A DNA stretch of 64,000 nucleotides from Octopus sinensis (lineage: Eukaryota). Positions 1-12,826 of this stretch are shown here, piece by piece (within the stretch, counting starts at the first letter, position 1; each line of letters starts with the position of its first letter). The DNA lies in the NCBI RefSeq assembly GCF_006345805.1, contig NW_021832231.1, forward strand, positions 124,001 through 188,000, written 5' to 3'. The translations under genes and the position numbers were made by a program. The notes below the pieces were generated by a model. The model made no database searches, was not told the DNA's origin, and worked only from the letters and a program-made list of their open reading frames with translations.

Positions 1-504
1 TTTTTTTTATTTTTTTTAGTTAGAAAATAATTCATCTTTTATAATTAAATCATTTATCTCAAAAAAAGATATGTTAAAATTTAAAAATCAATAGGGGGTA
101 CTAGGGATCCATTTTTAAATTTATCAAAAATTTGAAAAAAATTAAGAACCGCTGTGCTAGACAATCTTTTAGGCACAAATTTTATTATTACCCGCATGAC
201 CACCAGGAAAGGTATGGTAGGTTAGGTGATCTCGGACTCCAATATTTTCAAATTCCTCCCAGATTGTCCTTTACCGATCCAACGGTTCTCCGATTTCTTT
301 TTTCACATGATTGGAGTGCAATTTTATGACAAAGCTAAATCCCTCTGCCTAGTTTAAAATTACTCCAAGAACGTATAAGCACGTCTTCAATAAATAAACC
401 GAATCTTGCTTTAAATCTTCTGTCTGCAGTAAATAAAGTGAACTGAGACTTTGATGGAATATTCATTTGTCAGCAATTGGTCTCATTTAAGGTTGTAAAT
501 GTAC

Positions 505-1540
505 TTAAAAATAATAATTTTTATCAAAGAAAGTCTCAAAAGTAAATTTTGACGGAGGTACCAAACTGTGGAAAGCAGTTTTCCTTCGACCCAGAAATGT
601 GACCAACGCCGCAATATCAGAACGTGCCTCATCCTCGACCACCAACTCTCCCAACACCCTCATCACCCCATCCGTCCCCGTCGTAACCGGAAAAGGAAAA
701 AACAACCCCTCAGGCACTCCATACGACCCATCCGAGCCCACCACGACTGCACTATACATTTCCTGCACAAACAAGCTCAATATACCTCCCCTCCTCCAAT
801 TATAGCAGTCCACACTCCACTGCCCGCATTCCCCAAAAGTGACCCCAACTAACAATAGTCTCAACATAAACACATTTCCGGCGTATTCTCTCATACTATT
901 TTTCGACCAATCAGAGACTCGTTCGAATGCCAGCCAGTGAGAATCCCCACCTGCCCAATCGTAGCAACCCTTGTCCTACAAATGTACACAAAAAGTACAT
1001 TTTCCTCAAAGTGGGGACCTCCCTTTGACAAGACTGCCGACAAATGGGGAATTGGGAGATTGAGTGCTGTCTGGCTGACGATTGAGGCAAAACAATCAGC
1101 AAAGGGGCCCACGAAAGTGACCTAAATGACCCAGAGTGGCAACCTGGATGGGCTCACGGACATGGTCGCGGAGAAAGCAGGCCATGTTGTAATACAGCAC
1201 TGCATAACGGCGGATCAAGTCGAAGCACGTTTGTCCGGAGGTGAGGTGGTAGTTGTAGGCGAATATTATGTAGTTGGCTAGGCTGAAGTCGCGGGGATCG
1301 GAGGAGACTTCAATTGCTGAGAAATCGTTCAGGTAGGGAGATATTTTCGCTTTTATTGTTCTTACCAGACGAGCCTTGAGAGAACTGTGGTCAAAAATGA
1401 CAATACGTGTCTTGAAATGTGGATTGTGAGCAATTTACTTTTTTAGTGTCAAATACACCTTGAATTTTAATGTTAGAAACAAAGGACTCTATGAAACTGT
1501 CTGATGGTCCTGCAATAAGCACGGTCACCACATCGTTCAT
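505..1540 (-). CDS. Divergent cytosolic malate dehydrogenase-like protein (MDH1/MDH1B-like), multi-exon, probably catalytically degenerate
   Basis: Spliced translation MNDVVTVLIAGPSDSFIESFVSNIKIQGVFDTKK/TRIVIFDH...VTFVGPFADC...GSDGSYGVPEGLFFPFPV is colinear with MDH1 (RVLVTGAAGQIAYSL...GSVFG...VIVVGNPANTN...SDGNSYGVPDDLLYSFPV). Short GT-AG introns. Confidence 0.7.
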
Positions 1541-2388
1541 GCTGAACCCGCGTCTTTACAAATTATATTTATTATAAATTAAACAAATCCAGTTTAAAAT
1601 ATAAAAGACAACAACCATTCAGTGCCTTTAGTCAATATAAGTTTAATTAAAAGTTCAAGAGATGACCAAACTTGGGATAATATATCCACTTTTTGTATTT
1701 TCTGAATTTAGTCTTTTTAGAAAGAATTACCAAACTTGTTCTAAAAATAAGAATTCACCCACCAGAACTGCAAAGATGTGGCCAGTGGCATTAGTCACCT
1801 TCTGCTTTGTTAGGAATTGGTTTGAAGCTTTGTTAGTCATGAATAGTCATTTCCTGACACAAAATAGTAGTCTCTGAAGTGCAAATTGTGGTTGTCATGT
1901 TTCGACACGAAATAATTACAAACATGGCACTTTAATTCGTTTTTTGCACAATTGCCCAATTTCCCACTCAATTAACCGAACTATTAGTCTAACTGATTTT
2001 CCACATGTTCCAAAAGGAAAGCCGTGTCCCCCGTTCTGACACCAGTTTATAGAAATGGCGAATGTGAAAGAATTGATTGTGTGCACTCGAGCAGCAGTGG
2101 CATGGCAGACTGTCAACCGGTGATGGCGTCTCTGCGTGTGGGACGATTGGTCTATATATCACAGTGTCACGCAATTCGCGTGGGTTTGTGGCTGTGGTAT
2201 AAATTGGCTTAGAAAGGCTCTATAAACTTTAAGCACAGTATTGTTAATGGCTAGTTCGATTATATATTGTTTAGAATGTTCATTATTTTTGCATAATAGG
2301 CTTACTTTGTTCGATTTTACTTATATTGTCCATGTCCGTTAAATATGTGCTTATAATGTGCCTGAGCTGAACATATTTAGATTCGAAC

Positions 2389-3297
2389 ATGTCCAGAATA
2401 TTCAACGACAAAGAAGAGTCTCTCAACGTTTTGGGGGAAAGTCTCACCAACCTGACATGGCTCCACCACCTCAACGTCGCAGCCATAATGACCCCCACGG
2501 ACAAGTCTGAGGAGAATACCAACAAGGACGACATCCTCAGACTCCCCTCCTCCTCGGAGATTGTTCAATACGCAACAGACGAGTCAGAGAAGCCGCCCTA
2601 CTCCTACACCACTCTGATCGGACTGGCATTCCACTCCCTCAAAGCAGACAGACTGAACGTGGGGCAAATGTGTGACTGGATATCCTCTCGCTTTCCTTTC
2701 TATCAAACCTACACCCAAATGTGGCAGAATTGTGTCCGACACAATTTGCAGCAAAGCCGACTGTTCGAACGAGTCCGCAAAAGGAGAGACGACCGCCACA
2801 GAGGGGTTCTCTGGCGAATCTCCGCCCACGTGCGCATCGAATGTGTCTCCGATGAGGAGGAGGTGGGCGATGAATCCACCAAGAGAAAGAGACCCCCAAG
2901 TCTGTTCTGCACAGAAAACTACCTCATGGGCGGGGGAGAGAATCAGAGAAATAAAAAAAGGCGGGAAGAGGAGTACGACTATTCGTGGGATTCCCTCGTT
3001 CCCGCCACTCAAAAGGAGGACTGGTTCCCCTCATACCCCACTGAAAAAACCTTGTTCGACGACTTTGAGAGGGCGGGTCCTGTATTTGAGGACTTTGACG
3101 AGTCAAAAATGACTTTTCCGGATTTTTATATGGGTGGGGAGTATTGTGACACGGCAGACATTCCGGAGTTTACTTCGGCAATTCACTTTGACCCTCTTTT
3201 GTCGTCGACGTGGAGCACGAGCACTCAGGGGAGCGACTCGAGCAGGGAAGGACACGTGCACTACTCATTTGACACAGAAGGACTCCACTACAACTGA
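2389..3297 (+). CDS. FOXJ1: Forkhead transcription factor, FoxJ1-like, intronless
   Basis: 302-aa ORF. Forkhead domain KPPYSYTTLI...WQNCVRHNL...GVLWRI, plus an N-terminal SLTNLTWL motif resembling FoxJ1 SLTSLQWL. Subfamily assignment is tentative (FoxN has a similar motif). Confidence 0.75.
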   Translation: MSRIFNDKEESLNVLGESLTNLTWLHHLNVAAIMTPTDKSEENTNKDDILRLPSSSEIVQYATDESEKPPYSYTTLIGLAFHSLKADRLNVGQMCDWISSRFPFYQTYTQMWQNCVRHNLQQSRLFERVRKRRDDRHRGVLWRISAHVRIECVSDEEEVGDESTKRKRPPSLFCTENYLMGGGENQRNKKRREEEYDYSWDSLVPATQKEDWFPSYPTEKTLFDDFERAGPVFEDFDESKMTFPDFYMGGEYCDTADIPEFTSAIHFDPLLSSTWSTSTQGSDSSREGHVHYSFDTEGLHYN

Positions 3298-3731
3298 ACA
3301 AGTGAATAAATATCGAATGATTGATAGTTCTCTTTATTTATTCTTTCTATCGTTCAATAGTACTCTAAGCATTTCTTTACTTTGTTGACTATGGTGGGTC
3401 AGAAGGAGTCCGCATATCATTGCATGTCTTGTTATGAATAATAGGTCAATTAAATTGTCATTTACACAATAGTACACAAACTTCAAAACAAAACGTCGCG
3501 TTCAATAAAAAAATTTGATTGGAAATAAAAATCCACGACAATAGAATAATGGGTGGGGTTGCCTTAGACTGGTAATAATGATGAATAAATATTTTAATAT
3601 TTATTGGGAGTTTAGGGTAGCATCAAAGACACCATTTCAGTGAATAATTATAAATAAAAGAATTTCTACATTAATGAAAATGCGTTAATTTAAATACATT
3701 TTGAATCACATCTTGTTCTGGTGGACACACA

Positions 3732-4821
3732 ATGTGCCGGGGAAGATTGATGCGAATATACTCGGCAATACAGCCCTCTGGAGAAATACATGTCGGGAAT
3801 TACTGTGGGGCAATAAAGCAGTGGCTGTCCTACCAAAAGACATCAAATTTGATAGTAGGAATTGCAGATCTCCACGGCCTGACCTCTCACAGGAAGGCGT
3901 CCAATTACAAGTACTAGTTGATAACAAACACAGGAATAATATACTGGAAACTACTGCAAGTCTGCTGGCGTGTGGGATGTCCCCGAATGAGTGTATTCTG
4001 TACCGTCAGAGCGCAGTGGGTGTTGTCACAGAATGGTAGGTTAACCACCATCTTGAACTATACTGGATTCTCTCAACAGTAGTCAACCTTTCCCGGCTCA
4101 CTGGAATGTCTCAGTACAAAGTAGTCCTTCGTAGTTAGACTGAGGACAAATCCAAAAGACTGTCCCCCACACTCGCCCTGTGTGGATACCCCCTTCTGAT
4201 GGCCTCCGACATTCTTCTCTACAAGTATTCCTCATTTTTAATGTTGGTCCAGAAATGGTGCCTGTGGGGGAGGACCAGCGGCAGCACGTAGAGTTGGTCG
4301 GCTATGTTTCCCGTGCCTTCAATGAGGCATTCTGTTGTGATTTGTTCGCCAGTGATTTCTCCATCGGGATATACTCCTCCGCCAAGATTATGAGTCTCCG
4401 AAATCCTTCTGTCAAAATGAGCAAATCCGCGGACCATCCAAAGGCCACTTTGTCTCTCTTTGAGGACCCTGCGGACATTTTTGACAAAATCAGACATTCC
4501 TTGACTGACTCGGCCAGCAACTATATAAGCTATGACGTGGAATCAAGGCCGGGATTGGCCAATTTGATTGACATTTACTCCAACGTGGTCGGCAGGCCGG
4601 TTGCCCGAATAGTGGAGGAGTGTGGGGGAATCGGCATAGTTCAGTTTAAAAAGAACATGGCCGAGGAGTTGGTGGAGGCCTTGAAGCCTTTCCGAGAACG
4701 TTTTCACTACTTGATGGGGCATAAGGATCATTTGGAGGCTGTTTTAGAAGCTGGGAATGAGAAGGCTCGTCAGGTCGCGCAGGACACGATGGATCGAGTC
4801 AGATTTAATGTCGGTCTTTAA
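3732..4821 (+). CDS. WARS2: Mitochondrial tryptophanyl-tRNA synthetase
   Basis: IYSAIQPSGEIHVGNY (HIGH-type), YPLLMASDILLY, VPVGEDQRQH, KIMSL..KMSKS. Four introns of about 23-24 nt. Confidence 0.92.
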
Positions 4822-5308
4822 ATCCTTTATTTGTTAATAAATCGACTGTCATTTCGATTATTGATTTGGATATATTGATTGTGTAGGAAACCACAAGAAG
4901 GTGGGTTGCCAGTCCTTGACAGTGACGACATTCATTAATCGAGGGACTACGACATTATGAATTTTGCGTAGTTATACGTCTTGGACAAAACAGTCGATTA
5001 AAATTAACAATTGGCAGCACTTGACAAATTAATCATTTTGGTGTGTTTAGGCAATGAGAAACACAATTCTAGTAAAATATAGCCGATTAAATAACATTAT
5101 ATTGAATTTCCTAGAATAAAGGGGTGGGATTGTCAGTCCTCCAGAATATATCAAGTGTAAAAAATCAATTTAGACTGTTAATAATAATGAATAAATATTA
5201 TAATATTTGTTAGGAGCTTAATCTATTTTAAGCCGCAATAGTACGAAAGTAATATTCTGATAAATAAATTAGTTCCGCGTTTAAATTAATCCTATTCCTG
5301 TGTTCGGA

Positions 5309-7213
5309 ATGAGCAGCCCGCAACTGAATCGGTCCACCTCCTTTGTTTTAATGGACGCAATCTCGGATTTGTTTCGATTAGAGGATTTTGAGTCTGAGTT
5401 GATAGCCAGTGGAGGCTACGCAGACATTTTCAAAGTTAACTGAGTGCACATGTCCTTTAGGCAAAACACCTGTCGACAGAGACGGTGATGGTCATCAAGA
5501 AACCCAAAAAGGGCGTGGAGCAGCCCATAATGATAAAAGAGAGTGAATTAATGGTCAAGTTCAGTCACCCGAACGTATTAAAGTGAGTGTGTGGGTGTGA
5601 CCAGCAGAGCCTATGGAGTCATCATTGAGGGGGGAATTGTCAGCATCGTCGGGGAGTTTATAAACGGGGGGTCTCTCCAGAATTATTTACTCAACGACGA
5701 CAACATTCTCCCGTGGAGTACTCGGATAAAGTTGGCAGTGGATATATCAGACGGAATGAGTTATATCAACCAGATGGGGTACTTCCACCGGGATTTGACT
5801 TCTCTGGTTGTCTGTCCTCTTCCATGGATAGAATGTCCTCATCAGACAGGACTCGAACTACATCAGTGCAGTCGTCGCGGATTTGGGTCTGGCCACCAAA
5901 ATCCCAAAGTGGAGTGTCCGTCCTCACGTTTAGGGCAGGAGAGGTGCTGCATGCAGTGGGAACCCCCTTTTGTAGAGCACCCGAGTGCATAAGGGGGGAG
6001 TATTACGACCACAAAGTAAGGGAGGTGACGTCAGCATAGGCGGATGTGTTCTCCTTTGGGATTATTATGTGCGAACTGATTCTCCGGTGTGACTACGACC
6101 CAGACAACCTTCCGCGGACACAAGTCTGGGTTTGTGGTGATCGGGTAGAACTTTGGGGTGGACTACATGCGGATTGGGGAAATGGTGGAGGACTGTCCTG
6201 TCTCCTTTCTCTTCCTGGCATTCCAATGCTGCCAAATAGACCCCGACCGACGGTTTTCCTTCCCACAAATCAGTCTCCGTCTCGAGTCCACGTTGATTGA
6301 CTACATCAACTACGGACTCACCGTCGAACATGCCACATGCACCAACAAACCGTGGATGTCCCTCAACGACCTTTCCTCCTTTTCTGAACAGGACTGTCTT
6401 GGTTCAGAACTCGACTTGCCTTCGTTGGCTGAGGTGGTCCCCGAATGTGAGGATCTGCGGACAATGTCCCCACGCGAGGTCGGACAAGCCATGACTCATC
6501 TCGACCCTCACTACACCTCCCACGGACTTGGTGTCGACTCCATTCTGTCCCTTATGGCCATGTCCTCCAATCGAGCACAACTGTCGGCAGTCCACAGTAC
6601 TGAGGAGAGTCAATCCACTCGTCCGAGTGAGTCCAATACCGACCACTGCCCTCCCTCCCACCGTCGCACTCATTCCCTACCCTACACGCAAGTCCAACTG
6701 AAGAAACTGGCAGACCGCAGTCTGTGTAGTCTGCCTTCCGATCGGAACTTGAAGATGAAGTCGGACAATCGAGGGGAGGTGCCCAGACTGATATCGAGGA
6801 CACTCATTCACGAAATGCACAACCACGCAATCACACTCCCAATGGCCATCGTCAATTGCAAGGATACTTCTGTCGATTCTGCCTGCACTTCTGTCTCAAT
6901 TCGTCGTGCTCAGTTCGCCAACAAGTCCATATCGGACATTCAAAGGAAACACGCCTTCGCAATCGAAAACGACTTTTTCCAAAAGTTTATGAGCAATTGC
7001 AGTTCCAGCTCAATTTATTCTTCTTTCGACAGTCAGTCGGATGTGCAAGCAGACAAATGCAAGTTCTATCGGTTCATGAGGAGATACCTCACCGCCTGTC
7101 TAAATTCTCAAAACACTTTCACAAACACTGACAGGAGAATTATCTTTACTCCTGAAACTCTCAAAAGAATGAGAGACGCGAGGGAACTTTTTAAATCTCT
7201 TCAAAATGATTGA
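5309..7213 (+). CDS. TESK: TESK/LIMK-family protein kinase (TESK-like: N-terminal kinase domain, long C-terminal tail, no LIM/PDZ)
   Basis: Exons give IASGGYADIFK, HPNVL, HRDLTS(L)N, ADLGLA, VGTPFCRAPE, ADVFSFGII, DPDNLPRT, FGVDY. Six 24-26 nt GT-AG introns. Confidence 0.85.
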
Positions 7214-7400
7214 ATTATGTTTTTCACAAATTTTATATCGAATTTTATTACTGGCTCAATAATTTCTGACTGTTCTGTATAGAGGACAGTGCAAGTTTCA
7301 CTTTTAATCAAATAATGTAGGGCGCATAATATTAACATTTATTCACACTTTCTACTAATACCCGAAATAAATTACAAACTCATTTTTAGTTATCAGTCCA

Positions 7401-7413
7401 GTTGCCAGGAGAC
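7401..7413 (+). promoter_or_regulatory. RFX X-box-like element
   Basis: GTTGCCAGGAGAC (reverse complement GTCTCCTGGCAAC) ends about 10 nt before the CCDC61 ATG and matches the ciliary-gene X-box consensus. Confidence 0.55.
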
Positions 7414-7422
7414 CCGCTGTGC

Positions 7423-9160
7423 ATGTCCAAGTTGGAGTAATACTTTTTATTCGACAGAAATGAGTTTCCCCAAGAACTAAACTTCCACCAGTGCTATTCT
7501 ACGACTGATTATGAAATAACTTTGCAAATTTCGCAAAGTCGAGACTCAATAGAAATAATTGTGGAAGAGACTGACTCGGCCAACCAGTGGAGAAGTGCTT
7601 TTTCTGACAAATGTAATTTTTGACTCCAATCGCCAGACATTGAAAACTTGACCAAAAGGACGGGAAATTACAAAAACTTTGAAACTTTTCTAAAAATGTT
7701 GATCAATTCTCTCGAAAACGTATATTTTAAAATTGTAAAAAAAGACCAACTCTTCCGTAACGACTCGTCTGCTTAGTTTTGCCGACTTGAAGGCAATGAG
7801 AAGGGAAGACGATTCATTCTGCGGGGAAAACAACGAAAAGCGTTATTTAATCCTGATCTACACCGCCGAATTCGACAGGCAAGTGTTGACAACTATTTTT
7901 AGAATCCAATATCCCTTGCCACTCGATTTTGTTGGCAGACCGAATGTCGTCGAACAGCAAAATTTGATTCGCGAACTGAAAGCAGAAATCCGCACATTCC
8001 GAAACGTAATATAAACCATGAATGTTAGACATGTCTGGAATCATCAAAGCAGACCACCGAAGAGTTGTTGTTAATGTAACAGTCCATCTGCCTCATTATT
8101 AGCTGCGAAAACCTCCGAAGGAAAGGGACGGGTTACGGGAAGAAGTGAAGGTCTACAAACGGCAGAGGACCGGGAAATCAGAATCTATCGAAGAAAGAAT
8201 GAAAGATCAAGTGGCATATTTACAGAAGGAATTAAGCAATTTAAAGAGTCGTGAGCAACGGGAGAGTGTGAGAGACAGGACGAAGCACACGCGGCTCGTC
8301 GCAGAGGTATCCAATCGAGTCATTAACAGTTGGAACGACTCCAAACGAGTGAAAAATCCTTAAAGGCCAAAGTGAACAAACTCGTCGGTGAATTGGCTTT
8401 TTACCGAAAGTATGTTTGGGTCGGATATTTTTGAGGCCCCAGAAAGACCGTCATTCCTACACGCCCTCAAATAGAGCTTCCTGTGCTCCCAAAAATCCGC
8501 CGAGAGCTTTGTCAGACTCCGAAAAAGGGTAGAGTTTGGATATATTCAAGTCACTTCCGGGTGAATGGGCGATCGTGTCGTTGCACAAGTCCAAAGTTTG
8601 TCCGCTCACCCGCCAGAAGATTCGACCCGACGGCCTACGTGGATGAAAAGAGGAAAAAACAAGAACTTTCCCGAAAAATGACGTTTAGCCAAAATTGACG
8701 AACATGCTCAGATCCCTGAGAATAAAGGAAAAACTGTCGAGTAGAAATTCCTCGCTGGATTCCGGCCGTCTGAAATACCCGACAAGACCCACGTCTGGTG
8801 ACGAGCTGTCCATTTGATTACTAGTCGCCTCGAGCATCAATTCGGATGAGGAAACGGGCACGTTGGGTAGCAAGAGGATGCAAAAACAGCAAAATAAACA
8901 ACATAATTTAAGGTCAATCAATGAAAGTAGGGAGAGGGAGTATATATCACCCAAATATATCAATAAAAGGGTAATTAACTGCTTTTATAAGTAGAAAAAC
9001 TGCGACAGCGACAGTTCCTGGGAGTTTGAATCAAGTAAGTGTGTAGATGAGGAGTATTGTAGCAAACACGTCGATGAGAGCAAAGGAAGCAGCACATTTG
9101 GAGGATGTGGATCAAAAACTCAAAAAACTTCAGGAAATGATGAAATCAACATTTTCTTAA
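7423..9160 (+). CDS. CCDC61: Centriolar SAS6-like protein CCDC61 (VFL3)
   Basis: ANQWRSAF..YIENLTKRTGNYKNF, KRYLILIYTAEFDR/IQYPLPL, RFDPTAYV. Many 21-32 nt introns, including a GC-AG intron at 7879-7902. Confidence 0.88.
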
Positions 9161-9400
9161 CATTGATTCTTGTTTTCATTTGAATAAGCAATCATTATAT
9201 GACTTGGAATTGACTCCCTCGTAAGGGCCCTACAATCACTGTCACTTAGCCTATCAAATCAGGCACTGAGTGTGCTAAAGGAGATTGTCCTGGGTGGATT
9301 TGGGACACAGCGTCTTTGAGAGGAAAAATGTGGAAACAAAATATTAATAATAATTTCAGAAATGTTTAAACTGTAAAATAAAATAGCAACTAATAAATTC

Positions 9401-11228
9401 ATGTCGGGTGATCGCCGGACTGACGAATTGTCACAACTCGTAGCACAAAAATGCAAAATCCGGAAGGGAGCCACAAATTTATACAAGTCAATCATGTCCT
9501 CTCAATCAAAGAGCCCTCGAAGACGGCACTGACAAAACTGGCATTCTTCACGAATTGTCAACTCTGAATATTTCACTGCAAATACTCCACGAACAAATAT
9601 CCTCGATCGAAGACCCTGTTTGCATTTCTTGTGCAGAGTATAACACCCAGTCTACTTAGATGTGCACGAGACGAGGCTTTTCTCGTGATTGGACTAAAGG
9701 AGACCGACTCGTTTGATTACAAGAAAGTCCTTAAAGTACCCTATTTCTATAAAATCAGCCACTTCTGCACAAATTTATTGTTTCGGAGAACCATTTTGAC
9801 AATCGCCTCCAAGAACTTTCTCAAATTCGGACAGTAAGCAAGCCCACTGAGTGTTAGGCGGCCATCCACCCGACACGGGGATGGGCGGGAGTCGTTTCAA
9901 TGCTGCAGTACTGTAACCACGTGTCCATCCTGGCTGCCCGGTTCGCCAACGAGAATGGGGGACTGAGTTGTCCCTATTTGTGGTATGATTCGTTTTCGGG
10001 CATTCCACACTCGCAAAAGTCGCTTTCTTTCGAAAAGGGGGCCCTCTTTTTCAATATTGGGGCTTTGGCCTCTCAATTGGTCTGCACTCAGGTTGCTGTT
10101 TTTACCGAATTTAGAATTTCACGACATTCGAAGGGATTAAAGAGGCCGAAAAACTTTCGCTGTTTTCTGCGGGGGCCTTCAAGGCGTTATTGGACAACTT
10201 TCGGGGTTCTCCGTCCTGCGATATGAGTCAATCCACTCTTTCCGTCCTAACTTTGGTCGTTTTGGTCAGTTTTGGTCACGTGGGTTATTTGGTAGACTCA
10301 GGCCGCGGAATGTCGGGTGCTGGGACTTTTGTTGTCCCCGGAATCAGACTCGGTGATACTTACGAACGACTGCTGTGTTGTATCTGAAAGGTACAGCCAG
10401 TGTGTGACTGCTGTGCGGGCAAATGACTATTTCCGTGAGTGGGAGAGACCCCTGTCCACGAAGGCAGAGTACTACAAATGTCTGGCCCACTACTACTACT
10501 CCCGTTCAGTGGGAGGGGAGTTGTGTACAGTTATACTCAGCGAGCAGTAGCTGTTGCCCATTTGATGTGTGCTGTCCTCATGTTGGAGACAACTCTGGAA
10601 AAAGTGGAGGAGGAGAGTACGACCAATCCGCTTGAATTGAAAATGTGCAGGACACACCGCATGTTTGAGTTTATTCCATAAATTAGGATTCTTCTGTCTT
10701 TTTCTCATGTCGAAATACAAGACACTCTGCTTGTGGAAATGTCCCCGAGTCCTCCCTTGCCCCAGACTGGTCATTTGTTGAGGTCATGCATAGATGAGTC
10801 GAGATTCGATTGGTGCCACCCCCTCCCTTTGCCCCTCGAAGATCACAAAGTGGATGACCTTTTCATTGACCTCGTTTTTGTTTGGTATGAGTCAATTCAG
10901 GGACCCATCCACGTTTTCAATGTCCGTCAACTTGTTAATGAACCCAGAGAGGTTGTTTTTTGTTCAAAGTCACTGAGCAAATTCGGTTTTCGGATTAAGG
11001 GGAGTCAGCCTGCCATGGTGTGCCACCTGCAAGTCGGGGGAGTTGTTTATGTTGATATTGATACTGACCAGTTCAGGATTCTGGTTGAGGGAACACGACG
11101 TGATTGTGAGTATCAACGGTGCCGATTCTCGCTGGTGGTCGCAGGTGGATATTATATCCGCCATTAAGAACACGAAGAAGTGTCCGATGTGTACATTGGT
11201 TGTTTTTGCTTCTCCTAATGCATCCTGA
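9401..11228 (+). CDS. RHPN: Rhophilin (HR1-BRO1-PDZ)
   Basis: HR1 IRKGATNLYK. BRO1 IGLKET, WYDSFSGIP..FEKGALFFNIGAL and DLF.DL/GPI.VF. PDZ FGFRIKGSQP..LREHDVIVSING. One apparent 1-nt frameshift near 11085. Confidence 0.88.
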
Positions 11229-11704
11229 CCTTATATGCTGTGTTTTGTTGTTCCCTTGATTAGTCATTGGGTGAGTGTCTTACGTGCTTCGTCGACAAAT
11301 AAATAATAAGAAACCTGTTTACAAAGCGTATTTTCAGTCATAAGGCAATATTTGGAAAGCACGATTGTCTACTATAAAACAGTCAAGGGAAGTGTGTGCT
11401 GTACAGTGGGTATTCAGAGAGGTCGCCTTTGATTTGCTTTAATAGGCCTTTCTGGCTTCCCGGAATGTGACAGGACTTATCAATTAAAGGCAATTAGATA
11501 TGTTATTATCAAAGTTAAATTTTAAGAGAGGTTAGTTTGGTTTTTTTAGAATCCAATAATGGATCGAGAATATACAGACCGTTTTTTTCATTCATCATTT
11601 TGTTACTTTTTATATTTTCAACCGCATAATAAAGTGGAGGAAAATGGAATTTGCAAGGAATTGGATTAATTTCCTTTTTAATTGTTTTTCTTTGGACAGG
11701 CTTC

Positions 11705-12760
11705 TTATAAATATAGACATCTTCCTTTCAATGATAACTCCCCGATTCTTACCTGTTTCTCGATTTTGTCAATTTCTTGGTTGCTGGTCTCGTAATTTTG
11801 AAAACTGTAGTTATTGTTGGCGTGAACTTTGGCGAGAATTTCGTTGAACTCAGCGTCGTCCATTCCCAAAAAAGTAGAGTCGTCTAAAAACCAACTGGCG
11901 TTTCCCAGTGGAAGTCTCAATCCCACGTTCTCGGAAATATTTGGAAAACGACTGACCTCGGTATTGCTCTTGTTTCTTTTCTCGGGAAATGGCATCAACA
12001 AATCTAAATTTTGTGGGATGAAGATTTGGTTTTCTCTAAAGGAAACCGATTTTTTGTGTACGACTGGTTGGAGATGTCCCTCAAATATTTCTGAAAGTCT
12101 CGGAAACATGTCGATAATTTGTTTCAACCTCTTTTCTTCTTTTTTAGCCTATATAAGGAAAACATCAAGGTAATTATTGCTTATTTCTACATTTTGTTTA
12201 TTCAACTTTTGTCGGCGATATGTTTCTTCGTTTTCCAAAATGATTTTTTGTACAATTTCCCAATTTTGATCTCTCCACTTAAGTGAATACTCGTCATCGA
12301 TCGCTGCCTTATTCCCAATTCTTAATTTGACATATTCCAGTTACTTTCTGTCTTGGTAGACTTGCAGTGTGGCCTTCAGTTCGTCGAGCTGTGATTTCAA
12401 CGCCGACAAATTTCTGTGATTTTGTTTGGTAATATTTTGTTTGATTTTGGTCTCGAGCATTTGGAGACGTGGCAAATATTTAATTTAAACCGATTTGGTG
12501 ACGTGAATGTTTATTTGGCCATTATAACTTTATGTCCTGCACTGTTCAACAAATGTCGTCATTCTTTGCCAAGTTCACATAAAACCAACAAAGGCGCAAA
12601 GAAAGGACAATTCTTCTGAAATGATCAGTATATAACTAGTTTATCCTCAGTCGACTGCCTTTGATCGACTTAAAGATGAGCATAGGTTTGAGAATGCAGC
12701 TTTAGTCTAATCAAAATGTCATGTTGAGGACACTACTTTGTCAATAGATCTGAAATCTAA
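11705..12760 (-). CDS. Uncharacterised multi-exon coiled-coil protein
   Basis: 140-aa terminal ORF plus upstream exons separated by short GT..AG segments. Heptad-like LSALKSQLDELKATLQ. The 5' end is uncertain. Confidence 0.45.
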
Positions 12761-12826
12761 AAAAATAGTCCTTCAAGATTCAATTTTTAAAACATCTTTA
12801 TGAATATTTTAATTTGAAATTTAACC

